Assembly: GCA_944381175.1 (NCBI GenBank)
Contig: CALWKD010000004.1
Coordinates: 154,192 to 218,191, forward strand
From: an uncultured Clostridia bacterium
GTDB lineage: Bacteria > Bacillota > Clostridia > Christensenellales > UBA1242
Direction: 5' to 3'
DNA length: 64,000 bases
Part shown: in pieces, positions 1-9,573 of the stretch
Layout of the letters: every line of letters begins with the position of its first letter
Numbering within the stretch: the first letter of the stretch is position 1
Translations under genes and position numbers: made by a program
The notes under the pieces: generated by a model
Told to the model about the DNA's origin: nothing
Database searches by the model: none
What the model saw: the letters and a program-made list of their open reading frames with translations, nothing else

Positions 1-419
1 GACTTACTTGCACAATAATATGCCTTAAATGGCAATGGAAAAAGTGCAGTCGCTGAGGAGACAATCACTATTTTTCCGTCCTTTTTCATCATTGGAATTG
101 CATATTTGCACGCATTTGCCGTGCCAAAAAAGTTTACGTCAAACTGCTTTTTTGTTGCTTCCTCGTCAAGAAGTTCAATCGCTCCGCTGATTCCATATCC
201 AGCACAAGTGATGAGAATATCAATTCCGCCATAATTTTTGTAAATCTCTTCAAACACACTTTTCAATTTCTCGTGGTCAGACACATCAAGGGAATAATCA
301 CTTCCACTGAGCGATATATCTATGACGATGTCGCCTTTTTCCTTGAAAATATTTTTAAGTCCAAGCCCGAGTCCGCTTGAGCCACCTGTGATAACAATTG
401 TTCTTTTTTCAATCCTCAT
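1..419 (-). CDS. short-chain dehydrogenase/reductase (SDR), 5' part only; gene continues past window start
   Basis: Hand translation of the minus strand from ATG (CAT at 417-419) gives MRIEKRTIVITGGSSGLGLGL (TGxxxGxG Rossmann motif) and ends with YYCASK (YxxxK) at the window edge. Absent from the ORF track because no stop lies in the window. Confidence 0.8.
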   Translation of the reverse strand, partial: MRIEKRTIVITGGSSGLGLGLKNIFKEKGDIVIDISLSGSDYSLDVSDHEKLKSVFEEIYKNYGGIDILITCAGYGISGAIELLDEEATKKQFDVNFFGTANACKYAIPMMKKDGKIVIVSSATALFPLPFKAYYCASK

Positions 420-474
420 AAAAAAATCCCCTTTCTATAGATTTTAATATAAATCTCGAAATTTTCAAAATAAT

Positions 475-503
475 TTGACATTGTTTTTGCATAATGATAT
501 TAT
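475..503 (+). promoter_or_regulatory. sigmaA-type promoter for the 549 gene
   Basis: TTGACA (475-480), 17-nt spacer, TATTAT (498-503). Confidence 0.5.
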
Positions 504-548
504 ATTCCTATCACTTTTTGGAAAATAAAGACATTTGTGAGGTGTTTT

Positions 549-1082
549 ATGTATATGAATAAGACGAAAAGAAACTTGATTATGGCTTCGGCAATCTTAA
601 ACATAATCACTGTGACCATAAGTTTGGTGATGTCAATCATTGCGGTTGCTGATGCGGACTTTCTTGAAAAATATTCCGAATACTATTACTTCGTGGGATA
701 CTCGACAAACATCGTCTTTGCTGTCATTTCTTTCGCAGTTGGACTTGCTGGGAGCATTTTGCTTTTATATTCCATAAGGAAAAAAGGAAAGTATTTCAGA
801 AGGTCATATGGAATTTATGTGGCAGGGTTTGTCATCATTGTGCTTTGTGGCGGTTGGATTGCTTGGGTTCTTCTTTTCATTTCTGCTTTTATTCCAGATA
901 TTATTGTTATGAATGACAGGGCGGACCTTAGGCGTGAAGCAAAAGAACACGAAAAAGAGGAGATTCTTCACAATCGAGAATACGAGGAGAAGAAGAGAAA
1001 AATTGAGGAGTTGAAAAGACTTAGAGACAACGGCACAATCACCGAAGAAGAGTACAAAGAAAAACTTTTTGAACTTTTATAA
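549..1082 (+). CDS. membrane protein with C-terminal SHOCT-like domain
   Basis: Four predicted TM helices, then a K/E-rich linker and LKRLRDNGTITEEEYKEKLFELL (SHOCT pattern). GAGGTG SD lies before ATG 549; the ORF track starts at GTG 537. Confidence 0.6.
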   Translation: MYMNKTKRNLIMASAILNIITVTISLVMSIIAVADADFLEKYSEYYYFVGYSTNIVFAVISFAVGLAGSILLLYSIRKKGKYFRRSYGIYVAGFVIIVLCGGWIAWVLLFISAFIPDIIVMNDRADLRREAKEHEKEEILHNREYEEKKRKIEELKRLRDNGTITEEEYKEKLFELL

Positions 1083-1106
1083 ATTTGTTCCAGAAATGAT
1101 AACAAA

Positions 1107-1140
1107 AAAGTCGAAAATTTTCTTTCGACTTTTTCTTTTT
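1107..1140. terminator. bidirectional rho-independent terminator
   Basis: AAAGTCGAAA (1107-1116) pairs with TTTCGACTTT (1123-1132). A T-run follows and an A-run precedes. Confidence 0.7.
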
Positions 1141-1242
1141 TTATGATGATTTTAAATAAATTGAAAATATTTTTTCTTTCGATTTTGTCGTATTTTAAAT
1201 TATTTTTATTTTTTGTGTAATTTTTGAGGATTTTTGTAATTT

Positions 1243-1698
1243 TTATTTTTTTGAGGAATTTCTTTTTTCTTTGAAAAAATTTGTCAAAAGAGCGGAACAA
1301 TCTTTTTCATATTCGCTTGTTTGGACAAGTTCGCATTTGTGATTTAGGCGATTGCTTTGCAAGATTTTTTCAAGCAGTTCATCATTTGCAGTCTTATCTT
1401 TTGCACCATAGACGATTCGTTTTATCCTCGCGTTTAAAATCGCTCCAGCACACATCGGGCAAGGCTCAAGAGTTACATAAATTGTGCAATCTTCAAGTCT
1501 CCAATCTTTGAGTTTATTGCAGGCTTTGTTTATTGCGACAATCTCCGCGTGGGCAAGTGCGTTTTTGGTTTTTTCTCTCTTATTGAAACCGCGAGCAATG
1601 ATTTTTTCGTCCTTGACAATCACCGCTCCAATCGGGACTTCATTTCTTCGGAGTGCCTTCTTTGACTCTTTTATTGCTTCTTCCATAAACCTATTCAT
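1243..1698 (-). CDS. tadA: tRNA-specific adenosine deaminase
   Basis: HAE and PCPMCAGA zinc-binding CDA motifs; 151 aa. Confidence 0.9.
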   Translation of the reverse strand: MNRFMEEAIKESKKALRRNEVPIGAVIVKDEKIIARGFNKREKTKNALAHAEIVAINKACNKLKDWRLEDCTIYVTLEPCPMCAGAILNARIKRIVYGAKDKTANDELLEKILQSNRLNHKCELVQTSEYEKDCSALLTNFFKEKRNSSKK

Positions 1699-1741
1699 AC
1701 AAGCATTTTAATCAAAATTTTTCTATTTGTCCAGCAATCGT

Positions 1742-1770
1742 TTGTGTTTTGTGAAAATTTGTGTTATTAT
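1742..1770 (+). promoter_or_regulatory. promoter with TSS predicted on ATG 1778 (leaderless candidate)
   Basis: TTGTGT, 17-nt spacer, TG-n-TATTAT (1765-1770). ATG follows 7 nt later and there is no SD. Confidence 0.4.
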
Positions 1771-1777
1771 TTCAACT

Positions 1778-2797
1778 ATGGGAAAGACTGACGAACTTAA
1801 GAAGGTTTTTGAAAAGAGAAATTTTTACACCACCAGAGACACTGGCAAGATTTTTTTGTATGCACTTCTGCTTCCACTTGCTGTGGGGCTTCTTTTCAGT
1901 TATATTGCCGTTGCGATTGCAAGAGGCGTTGGGGTTGAGTTCGCCGATGGCACAAACATCATAAACGAACTCTTCGACAACTATCTCTGGTTCAGCATTC
2001 CATACACGCTTATCACGCAAGTTGTTTTCATTTGCATCTATTTTTCATACAACAAATTCAACCGCATAAAGCAATCTGCTTGCAACATCTCTTTCAAAAA
2101 AGCAAATGTTTGGACTTGCCTCGTTTGCATTTTTGTCGGGATACTTTGCGTGTTTGGGTTTGTCACGCTCATTGAAGGGGTCTTTGGAAATCTCTTTGAG
2201 GTCATTGGGGTGGAGTCGTCAAGCATTGGACTGCGAAACGACACGGTTGGTTGGTATTTTCTGAACCTCTTGCTTTTGGGAATTATTCCGCCAATTTGTG
2301 AGGAGTTGCTTTTCAGAGGGATGATGTTTCAGGGACTTAAAGAAAAATTTTCACCACTTGCAAGCGTCTTTTTGACGGCACTGCTTTTCGCACTTATGCA
2401 CGAGAGCATAACTCAATTCATTTATCCATTTATTTTGGGTTTTGTGCTTACGGTTGTTATGGACAAGACAAACAACTTGCTCTATCCAATGCTTATCCAC
2501 GCTTTCAACAACATCACAACAATCACCATTAGTTTCTTGCAAAACATTGGAGTCCTCAAAATAGAGTTCATCGGGATGCCGTGGTGGGCATATATAGTCG
2601 GAGTTGTGCTTGCAATTGTGACATTCGTGATTTTGTTTGTGATTTACAAGTTTTATCTTATCAAACAGCCGAAAAATGAGGTTGAGAAAGTGGGACAAGC
2701 ACCTCTTTCAAGCAACATCAGCATTGGAAGACTTCCTGTTACGCTTGTGTTGGGAATTTTGATTGCAGTTGTGATGATTGTTATAAATGCAATTTAG
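1778..2797 (+). CDS. CPBP family intramembrane glutamic endopeptidase
   Basis: Multi-TM protein with CEELLFRG, FALMH and HAFNN motifs (CAAX protease/bacteriocin-processing family). Start chosen at the first ATG; the track starts at TTG 1727. Confidence 0.8.
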   Translation: MGKTDELKKVFEKRNFYTTRDTGKIFLYALLLPLAVGLLFSYIAVAIARGVGVEFADGTNIINELFDNYLWFSIPYTLITQVVFICIYFSYNKFNRIKQSACNISFKKANVWTCLVCIFVGILCVFGFVTLIEGVFGNLFEVIGVESSSIGLRNDTVGWYFLNLLLLGIIPPICEELLFRGMMFQGLKEKFSPLASVFLTALLFALMHESITQFIYPFILGFVLTVVMDKTNNLLYPMLIHAFNNITTITISFLQNIGVLKIEFIGMPWWAYIVGVVLAIVTFVILFVIYKFYLIKQPKNEVEKVGQAPLSSNISIGRLPVTLVLGILIAVVMIVINAI

Positions 2798-2814
2798 CAG
2801 GAGTAAGATATACT

Positions 2815-3996
2815 ATGTCGGAGAAAACAATGAAAGTTGCTAAAACGGAAAATACGGAAAATAAGGTAAACTTTTATGTGAACGCAATCTACTTCTTGGT
2901 TATGATTTGTCTGGTGGCAATGAGAGTTTGCTCTTATTTTGGACTGTTCTCTTTTTTGGGAGAATACGACTCGTATTATTTGAGCATTTTCACCCAAATT
3001 GGAATAATTTTGCTCTTGCCAACGCTTCTTCTTAAGTTTATCACAAAATCAAAAACAAAGGATGTTGTCAAATTTTGCTGTTATAAAAAAGTCTCATACA
3101 AGGTCGTGCTTGTGAGTGTTCTTCTTGGAGCGGTTGTCTTTTTCTTGAACGTCTATGTCTCGAATTTTTTCAACTCAATCATCTCTTTGTTTGGCTATAA
3201 GCACGCCTCTTCTGGTGGCACGGCGGACGCAAGTTGGCTTGGGCTTGTTTTGAGCCTAATTTGCACGGCGGTCTTGCCTGCAATTTGTGAGGAGACTTTG
3301 CACAGAGGGATGCTTCTAAACGGCAATTCAATGCTTGGAGTGAAAAAGAGCATTCTCATTTCTGGCGTTTTGTTTGGGCTTTTGCACCTTAACATCGAGC
3401 AATTTTTCTATGCCACAATCATTGGTCTGTTTTTGGGTTATCTTTGCTGGGGTTGCAGTTCCATTTGGCCGTGCATAATTGTGCATTTTATGAATAATGC
3501 CCTCAGTGTCCTTTTGTCCTTTGCGAGTGCAAAAGGTTGGGCGGTCGGCAAAATTTTTGACAGCATTGCAGTATTTGTCACTGGAAATAAAATTATCGGT
3601 GTTTTGTTCTTCATTTTGCTTCTTTGCCTTTTGGTCTATCTTGCAATTGAAATGGTTAGATTTTTGCTCAGAGAGACCTTCAGATACAATTTTGAAGGCA
3701 AGCAAAAAGAACTTACCTCTCTTGCACTAAGAGAGGCGTATTTTCAGTCAGTCGAGAATTTGAAAAACTCAAATGTTGGTGCTGGAAACTCCGCTGTTGA
3801 GACGCAGATTATTGATGAGCGGGAGTTTTTGGAATTTGTGAACGCAAATTTGGAAATGATAATCAAAAAGTCCGCTTCGCAATTTGAGAAAGAAAAAGAT
3901 TTCAAAATTGACACAAGGTCAGAGATTTTCTTGTGCGGGTCGTTTATACTCGGCATAATCATCACCATTTTGACTTTCATTTGGGGGTTGATGTGA
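2815..3996 (+). CDS. CPBP family intramembrane endopeptidase with long C-terminal extension
   Basis: CEETLHRG, FGLLH and HFMNN motifs. An extra C-terminal soluble segment of about 110 aa is followed by a terminal TM helix. Confidence 0.8.
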   Translation: MSEKTMKVAKTENTENKVNFYVNAIYFLVMICLVAMRVCSYFGLFSFLGEYDSYYLSIFTQIGIILLLPTLLLKFITKSKTKDVVKFCCYKKVSYKVVLVSVLLGAVVFFLNVYVSNFFNSIISLFGYKHASSGGTADASWLGLVLSLICTAVLPAICEETLHRGMLLNGNSMLGVKKSILISGVLFGLLHLNIEQFFYATIIGLFLGYLCWGCSSIWPCIIVHFMNNALSVLLSFASAKGWAVGKIFDSIAVFVTGNKIIGVLFFILLLCLLVYLAIEMVRFLLRETFRYNFEGKQKELTSLALREAYFQSVENLKNSNVGAGNSAVETQIIDEREFLEFVNANLEMIIKKSASQFEKEKDFKIDTRSEIFLCGSFILGIIITILTFIWGLM

Positions 3997-4451
3997 TTTC
4001 GATAAATGTCATTTGTGTGGGCAATCTGAAAGAGAAATTTTCAAAAGATGAACAGGCGGAATATTGCAAACGCTTGTCGTCTTTTTGCGACTTGAATATC
4101 ATTGAACTGAAAGAACAAAACCACTTGCAAAACCCGCAGACAATTCTTGAGAAAGAGGGTCAGGAGATTTTGAAAAAGTTGAAGGGATATGTTGTGCTTT
4201 GCGACATCTCTGGGAAAAGCGTTTCAAGTGAGCAGTTTGCAGAAAAAATCAAAAATCTTATGCAACAAACTTCCACCATAACTTTCGTCATTGGTGGCTC
4301 TTATGGGGTGAGCGAAGAGGTGCGAAAAGCCTCAAATGAGAGAATCTCTTTCTCCGCGATGACCTTTCCTCACAATCTGTTCCGAATTATGCTTTTGGAG
4401 CAGACTTATAGGGCGTTTACAATTCTTGAAAACAAAACTTACCACAAATGA
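3993..4451 (+). CDS. rlmH: 23S rRNA (pseudouridine1915-N3)-methyltransferase
   Basis: SPOUT RlmH pattern: VISINVICVGNLKE, LCDISGK, FVIGGSYG, LSFSAMTFPH, EQTYRA. GTG start at 3993 overlaps the upstream stop (GTGA). Confidence 0.85.
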   Translation: MISINVICVGNLKEKFSKDEQAEYCKRLSSFCDLNIIELKEQNHLQNPQTILEKEGQEILKKLKGYVVLCDISGKSVSSEQFAEKIKNLMQQTSTITFVIGGSYGVSEEVRKASNERISFSAMTFPHNLFRIMLLEQTYRAFTILENKTYHK

Positions 4452-4470
4452 CAACCGCGGTTGTTTTTAA
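4452..4470 (+). terminator. weak terminator after rlmH
   Basis: ACAAC-CGCG-GTTGT hairpin followed by TTTTT. Confidence 0.35.
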
Positions 4471-4621
4471 ACAGTCTGTGACTGGTTCTGGGATTGGTTT
4501 TGAGGTTGTTTTTGGGGCTGAATGGCGAATTTTTTTGAACTTGCCAAACGGAACTCTTGGGATATTAAACTATCTGTGAGAAATTGTATAAAAAAATAAC
4601 AAATTTAAAGTGCAAAATTGC

Positions 4622-4650
4622 TTGCATTTTTTTTTACTTTGTGTTATACT
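4622..4650 (+). promoter_or_regulatory. sigmaA promoter of rpsB-tsf
   Basis: TTGCAT (4622-4627), 17-nt spacer, TG-n-TATACT (4645-4650). Confidence 0.6.
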
Positions 4651-4830
4651 CACTCCGTCATTGGACAAATAAACACCCAAAGTGGATTTCAAAAACTGTT
4701 GCCTAAACGCTTTCGGACTTTCGATTTTTGGTATTTTTTTTGAATCTGTCTGGACGCAAAAGTTGGTCACAACTTGGGTCACATTGAAAGATGAAACTTG
4801 GGGAAGAGACAAAAACAGGAGGGAAAAATT

Positions 4831-5745
4831 ATGTCAGTTATTTCAATGAAACAACTTTTGGAGGCTGGAGTTCATTTTGGACACCAATCTAGAAAGTGGA
4901 ACCCAAAGATGAAAGAATACATTTTTACTGCCAGAAATGATATTCACATCATCAATTTGGAGATGACATCAGAGCAAGTGGACAAAGCGTACACATTTGT
5001 TCGTGATGTTGTTGCAAGCGGAAAGAGTGTTCTTTTCGTAGGCACAAAAAAACAAGCACAAGAGGCAGTGAAAGAAGAAGCAGAAAGATGCGGAATGTTT
5101 TATGTGAACACCAGATGGCTTGGTGGAACACTCACAAACTTCAAAACCATCAGAAACAGAATCGAAAGACTCAACAAACTCAACAATATGGAGAAAGTGG
5201 GGGAATTTGATTTACTTCCAAAGAAAGAGGTTGCTCTTTTGAAACTCGAAAGAGACAAATTGGAGAAAAACCTTGGCGGGATCAAGGAAATGAGAGAACT
5301 TCCAGGCGTGCTCTTTGTGGTTGACCCATCAAACGAGAAAATCTGCGTTCACGAAGCAAACATCTTGAACATCCCAGTTGTCAGCCTTGTTGACACAAAC
5401 TGCGACCCATCAAATGTTGATGTTGTCATTCCAGGAAACGACGATGCAATTCGTTCAGTAAAACTTATAGCAAGTGCAATCGCTGATGCTGTTATTGAAG
5501 CAAGAGAAGGCGTTTCAATGAAGAAAAATGATGAAGAGGCTTCTGATGAGGCTCTTGACCTTGAGAGTTTGCTCGAACAAGCAAAACCAAGTGTTGAGGT
5601 TGCTGAGGCAGGCGAAGAGAAGAAAGTTGCAAAGAAGCCAAGAAAGAAACCATCTGCCAAGAAAGAAACAAAAGATACCAAAGAAACAAAAGAAGAAACC
5701 GCTGTTGAAACAGAGGCTAAAGCAGAAGAAAAGACCGAAGAATAA
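4831..5745 (+). CDS. rpsB: 30S ribosomal protein S2 with K/E-rich C-terminal tail
   Basis: [36 protein letters not shown] at 4817-4823. About 70 extra acidic/basic residues at the C-terminus. Confidence 0.95.
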   Translation: MSVISMKQLLEAGVHFGHQSRKWNPKMKEYIFTARNDIHIINLEMTSEQVDKAYTFVRDVVASGKSVLFVGTKKQAQEAVKEEAERCGMFYVNTRWLGGTLTNFKTIRNRIERLNKLNNMEKVGEFDLLPKKEVALLKLERDKLEKNLGGIKEMRELPGVLFVVDPSNEKICVHEANILNIPVVSLVDTNCDPSNVDVVIPGNDDAIRSVKLIASAIADAVIEAREGVSMKKNDEEASDEALDLESLLEQAKPSVEVAEAGEEKKVAKKPRKKPSAKKETKDTKETKEETAVETEAKAEEKTEE

Positions 5746-5795
5746 TCTATCTTCAGACTTGAAAAATTTAGAAATCAAATTAAAGGAGAATTATT

Positions 5796-6449
5796 ATGAG
5801 TTTTACTGCACAAGATGTTGCCAAACTTAGAGCACAAACAGGCGTTGGAATGATGGAATGCAAAAAGGCACTCACTGACGCAAACGGAGATTTTGAGAAG
5901 GCAGTTGTCCTTTTGAGAGAAAGAGGTCTCAAAGCGGTTGACAAAAAGCAGAGTAGAATTGCTTCTGAGGGACTTGTTGCTTCTTACATTCATATGGGCG
6001 GAAGAATCGGCGTTTTGGTCGAGGTGAACTGCGAAACCGATTTCGTTGCGAAGAGCGAAGATTTCCAGAATCTCGTAAAAGATATTGCAATGCAAATCGC
6101 TGCTGCAAATCCAAAATATGTGAGAGAAGAAGAGGTTGACCCTGCAGAACTTGAGAAAGAAAAAGAAATCTTGAGAGTTCAAGCACTCAACGAAGGAAAA
6201 CCAGAAAAAATCATCGAGAAGATGGTTGAGGGTAGAGTTAAAAAATACTATGAAGATGTTTGCCTTTTGGATCAACCTTTCGTTAAAGATTCAAGCAAAA
6301 CAATCAAAGATGTTTTGACTGAGGCAACACTCAGAATTGGAGAAAAAATTTCAGTCAGAAGATTTGTTAGATACGAACTCGGCGAGGGACTTGAGAAGAG
6401 AGTCGACAACCTTGCTGAAGAAGTTGCAAAGCAAATGGCTGGAAAATAA
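5796..6449 (+). CDS. tsf: elongation factor Ts (short form)
   Basis: [22 protein letters not shown] and TDFVAK motifs; 217 aa. Confidence 0.95.
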   Translation: MSFTAQDVAKLRAQTGVGMMECKKALTDANGDFEKAVVLLRERGLKAVDKKQSRIASEGLVASYIHMGGRIGVLVEVNCETDFVAKSEDFQNLVKDIAMQIAAANPKYVREEEVDPAELEKEKEILRVQALNEGKPEKIIEKMVEGRVKKYYEDVCLLDQPFVKDSSKTIKDVLTEATLRIGEKISVRRFVRYELGEGLEKRVDNLAEEVAKQMAGK

Positions 6450-6493
6450 TCTGAAAACAAATTGCGATTTTCTATTTTGTTTAAGAAATTAAA

Positions 6494-6525
6494 ACACTCG
6501 TTTTTTGCGGGTGTTTTTTGTTTTT
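6494..6525 (+). terminator. rho-independent terminator after tsf
   Basis: ACACTCG pairs with CGGGTGT; 7-nt loop; then TTTTTGTTTTT. Confidence 0.7.
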
Positions 6526-6650
6526 ATGCTCATTTTTGTCACATTTTTTTGTCAGATTTATTTTTGAATTGGAAAAGATACTTGATGACTTCGATTTATA
6601 TAACTATTTTTCGACATAGAATTGTCTTTTATCTAAAATTTAATTGCGTA

Positions 6651-6679
6651 TTGACTTTTTTTGTTGTTTTTGGTATCAT
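6651..6679 (+). promoter_or_regulatory. sigmaA promoter of the 718-aa orphan gene
   Basis: TTGACT (6651-6656), 17-nt spacer, TG-n-TATCAT (6674-6679). Confidence 0.6.
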
Positions 6680-6706
6680 AATTACATAGGGAAAGGAGAG
6701 AGGCGT

Positions 6707-8863
6707 ATGTATAATTTTGGGTGGGATAGAAACAAAAAAATAGTTTACGAGATGTTAAACAAATACTTTGGACTTTCGGAAGAAAAAATTGAAATGCTTG
6801 TCGAAAAGAATTATCCCACTCAATTTGACAAACAAAAACTTGTTGCGGTGGTTGCTGGAGTTGTGTATTCTTGCAAAAACGGAGCGACGGCGGAAGAAGT
6901 TTCTCAACTTGAAAAAAACAATTTGATTGAAAGGAGAAAGTCGGGAGAGGCGATTTTGTCCAAACTTAAATTTCACGACGAAGAACAGCCAAACGATATT
7001 TTCCTTAGGATAAGATCTCTTTTTTCTGCAATAAGCGAAAAGGGAATTGACATTTACAAAACCATTTATATGTCCACACTCACTGACGGAAATTTCAGGT
7101 CGACGCCAAACTTAAAAACGGACAGTTTCGAGACGAACAGAGGTGATGACAGAGATTTTGACAACATTTACAGCACGCTTCAAAGCACGCTGAGACTATC
7201 TTCACAGGAGACAAACGCTTTGATTGAGAAGTGTCCTGCCACAATTATTGCAAAGGTCGGGGCGTCAAATGTGAAAGCGATGTATAGGCTTATGCTTATG
7301 GATATAAGACTTGTAAACCCAGATTTAAACAGGAACATCTATTTCTTTAGGGCAGATGAAAGCGATGTCCCAAGAATGCAAGCAAAATCAAAGATGATTG
7401 AGGATGGTTTTATAAACTGTCCGACAATTTTCGCTTCTTCGCCTGAAACTGTTTTGAGTGCCTTCAACTATATCTCCGAAAAAGTTCCGAAAGAGAGAAT
7501 TGAAAAAGAATACAATGCGTATCTCGAGAGCGGAAACAAGACGATGACGCCATTTTGGTGCAAGTATAAGATTTTGAGAAGTTGGGTCAATGACAATTTC
7601 TCGATTTTGACAATCAACGCTGACAAAATGCGAGACAAAGAGAGATTTATCAACAATCTCGGGCTTAGGTTGCTTGTCAAAGACGAGAATGGTTATGTGA
7701 AGGTTTTTGATGATTTGCGACCAAGAAGAAGATATGATTTTTCTTTCCTGTTCGACAACCCAGTCAGCATCAGCACAATGAACTCCATACCTATTGGGAA
7801 ACTTCAAATAAATGCAGAGAAAAATATTTCATTGCTGGAGTTTTATGTCGGCACAATCAATTCTGAGAAGTGGAAAGATTATGAGACAAGGCGAAAGGGA
7901 GTTGCATTTACTGTCAGAAATTATATAAAATCGAATCATTATGTGCTTGCGATGGACAACACAAAACTTTCAAACCTTTTGCAAAGCATTTCTTTGCACG
8001 ATGCCAAAAATCCTCAAAAGCAACTCTTCCCAAGGTTTTTGAAACTGGGCAAATCACTTTTTGCAAACAAGCACAACATTGACTTTGATGAAGACTTGGT
8101 TTTTGAAAAACTTACCAAGACGGATGATATTCAAATTCTTGATGTTTCAAGTATGAATGGCTGGGGAAGAGTGGAAAAATTTGTCGAACTTTTCTGTGAT
8201 AATGACAAAAACATCTTGGAAAATCTTCACAGATTGCACCAAGAAAAACTTGAAAGAGACGAGCGAGGAAGCAAGCAGTTGCGTCACAACATCAGAACTC
8301 TTGTTTCGCAAGAGGGCGGTTGGAACAAGATTTTGAAGGATAAAGATGCCACACTCTCTATGGCATCAAAGGTCAATGAGATTACTGACAAACGCTTTGA
8401 AATCGAGAAAGTGTCACACACAGACAGGCTTTGTGACGATATGAGCGTGCTTAAACTGCGAGAAAAGGCGTTCGCCGAAGAAATTAAGCAAAATGTTGCA
8501 AGACTCAAAAGGGCTTTCAGTGAAAAGAGAGACAAACTCAATAAGCGTTTCACTGATGTGGACAAATTGTATAACTACACAATGATGTTTTTGGAGAGCG
8601 AATGTTTTGACGATAAAGAACCAATTTCCGACCTGTTTAACGAGGAGATTGCTGTTCCGTTTGAAGAGGCGTTGAAAAGTCAGGAAGGGGCTCACTCTGA
8701 TGTTCAACAATCAATCTTTGGTGAGCCGAAACTTATTGTGCCAGTTGCGTCAGATATGGTCAAACCGATTAAAGATTTGAAGGAGGCAATTGGAAAGAAT
8801 TATATCCAAGATTATGAGGCAAGACTGATAAAAATTGAGCGAGCAACGCGTGATGGGAAATAA
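6707..8863 (+). CDS. hypothetical 718-aa helical protein (no family recognised) in the pyrH slot
   Basis: Long ORF with strong SD (GGAAAGGAGAGAGG) before ATG 6707. No kinase or nucleotide-binding motif. Helical-repeat-like N-terminal two thirds and a K/E/R-rich coiled-coil-like C-terminal third. Confidence 0.7.
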   Translation: MYNFGWDRNKKIVYEMLNKYFGLSEEKIEMLVEKNYPTQFDKQKLVAVVAGVVYSCKNGATAEEVSQLEKNNLIERRKSGEAILSKLKFHDEEQPNDIFLRIRSLFSAISEKGIDIYKTIYMSTLTDGNFRSTPNLKTDSFETNRGDDRDFDNIYSTLQSTLRLSSQETNALIEKCPATIIAKVGASNVKAMYRLMLMDIRLVNPDLNRNIYFFRADESDVPRMQAKSKMIEDGFINCPTIFASSPETVLSAFNYISEKVPKERIEKEYNAYLESGNKTMTPFWCKYKILRSWVNDNFSILTINADKMRDKERFINNLGLRLLVKDENGYVKVFDDLRPRRRYDFSFLFDNPVSISTMNSIPIGKLQINAEKNISLLEFYVGTINSEKWKDYETRRKGVAFTVRNYIKSNHYVLAMDNTKLSNLLQSISLHDAKNPQKQLFPRFLKLGKSLFANKHNIDFDEDLVFEKLTKTDDIQILDVSSMNGWGRVEKFVELFCDNDKNILENLHRLHQEKLERDERGSKQLRHNIRTLVSQEGGWNKILKDKDATLSMASKVNEITDKRFEIEKVSHTDRLCDDMSVLKLREKAFAEEIKQNVARLKRAFSEKRDKLNKRFTDVDKLYNYTMMFLESECFDDKEPISDLFNEEIAVPFEEALKSQEGAHSDVQQSIFGEPKLIVPVASDMVKPIKDLKEAIGKNYIQDYEARLIKIERATRDGK

Positions 8864-8866
8864 AAA

Positions 8867-8889
8867 TTGCACATTTCGTGTAATTTTTT
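8867..8889 (+). terminator. weak terminator after the orphan gene
   Basis: TTGCAC pairs with GTGTAA (one G-U pair); loop ATTTC; then TTTTTT. Confidence 0.4.
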
Positions 8890-8921
8890 GTTTATATTGG
8901 TTTTGTATGTATAAAATTTGT

Positions 8922-8950
8922 TTGCAAAATATTGAAATTTCAGTTATACT
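8922..8950 (+). promoter_or_regulatory. sigmaA promoter of frr-uppS-cdsA-rseP
   Basis: TTGCAA (8922-8927), 17-nt spacer, TATACT (8945-8950). Confidence 0.6.
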
Positions 8951-8973
8951 ATACTGAAGTTAAAGGAGAATTT

Positions 8974-9540
8974 ATGAACGAACAAATTGAAGAAATCTTT
9001 GAAAGTCTTAAACAAGATTTGGAAAAAGCATATTTGCACCAACAAAATGAATATCTTGTTATAAGGGCTGGAAGAGCGAATCCTCACATTTTGGATAAAG
9101 TTATGGTGGAGTATTACGGCGTGCCAACTCCGATAAATCAAATGGGCACTGTGTCTGTGAGCGAAGGGAGAATTTTGAACATAAACATTTGGGATGTCTC
9201 TCAAATCAAGAATGTTGAAAAGGCAATCTCTGCCTCTGACATAGGCATCACTCCAACTGATGATGGAAAAATCATCCGACTTGTCTTTCCTATGCTGACC
9301 GAAGAGCGAAGAAAGGAAATCGTCAAGTCCGTCAAGAAGATTTGCGAAGAGACAAAAATCGCAATGAGAAATGTTAGGCGTGACGCACTTGATATGCTCA
9401 AAGATTTGAAAAAAGATTCGCTTATTTCCGAGGATGAATTTACTTCTGCCGAAAAAGAGGTCCAAAAACAAATCGACAAATACACCGCTTTGGCTGACAA
9501 AGAGTGCGGAGACAAAGAAGAAGAGGTTATGAAAGTATAA
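8974..9540 (+). CDS. frr: ribosome recycling factor
   Basis: RAGRANPHILD, ITPTDDGKIIRLVFPMLTEERRKE, RNVRRDA. AAAGGAG SD before ATG 8974. Confidence 0.95.
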   Translation: MNEQIEEIFESLKQDLEKAYLHQQNEYLVIRAGRANPHILDKVMVEYYGVPTPINQMGTVSVSEGRILNINIWDVSQIKNVEKAISASDIGITPTDDGKIIRLVFPMLTEERRKEIVKSVKKICEETKIAMRNVRRDALDMLKDLKKDSLISEDEFTSAEKEVQKQIDKYTALADKECGDKEEEVMKV

Positions 9541-9573
9541 CAAAAGAACGATACTGCTGTTAAGGATTTTTAG

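Noticed and set aside
486-505. TTGCATAATGATATTATAT: partial box or Fur-box-like sequence
   Set aside because: It shares only TTGCATAAT with the box and only loosely fits the 7-1-7 Fur consensus. It overlaps the spacer and -10 of a promoter in AT-rich DNA, so it is likely chance.
6462-6689. 75-aa ORF in the tsf downstream spacer
   Set aside because: It is T-rich and spans the tsf terminator and the orphan gene promoter. It has no SD.
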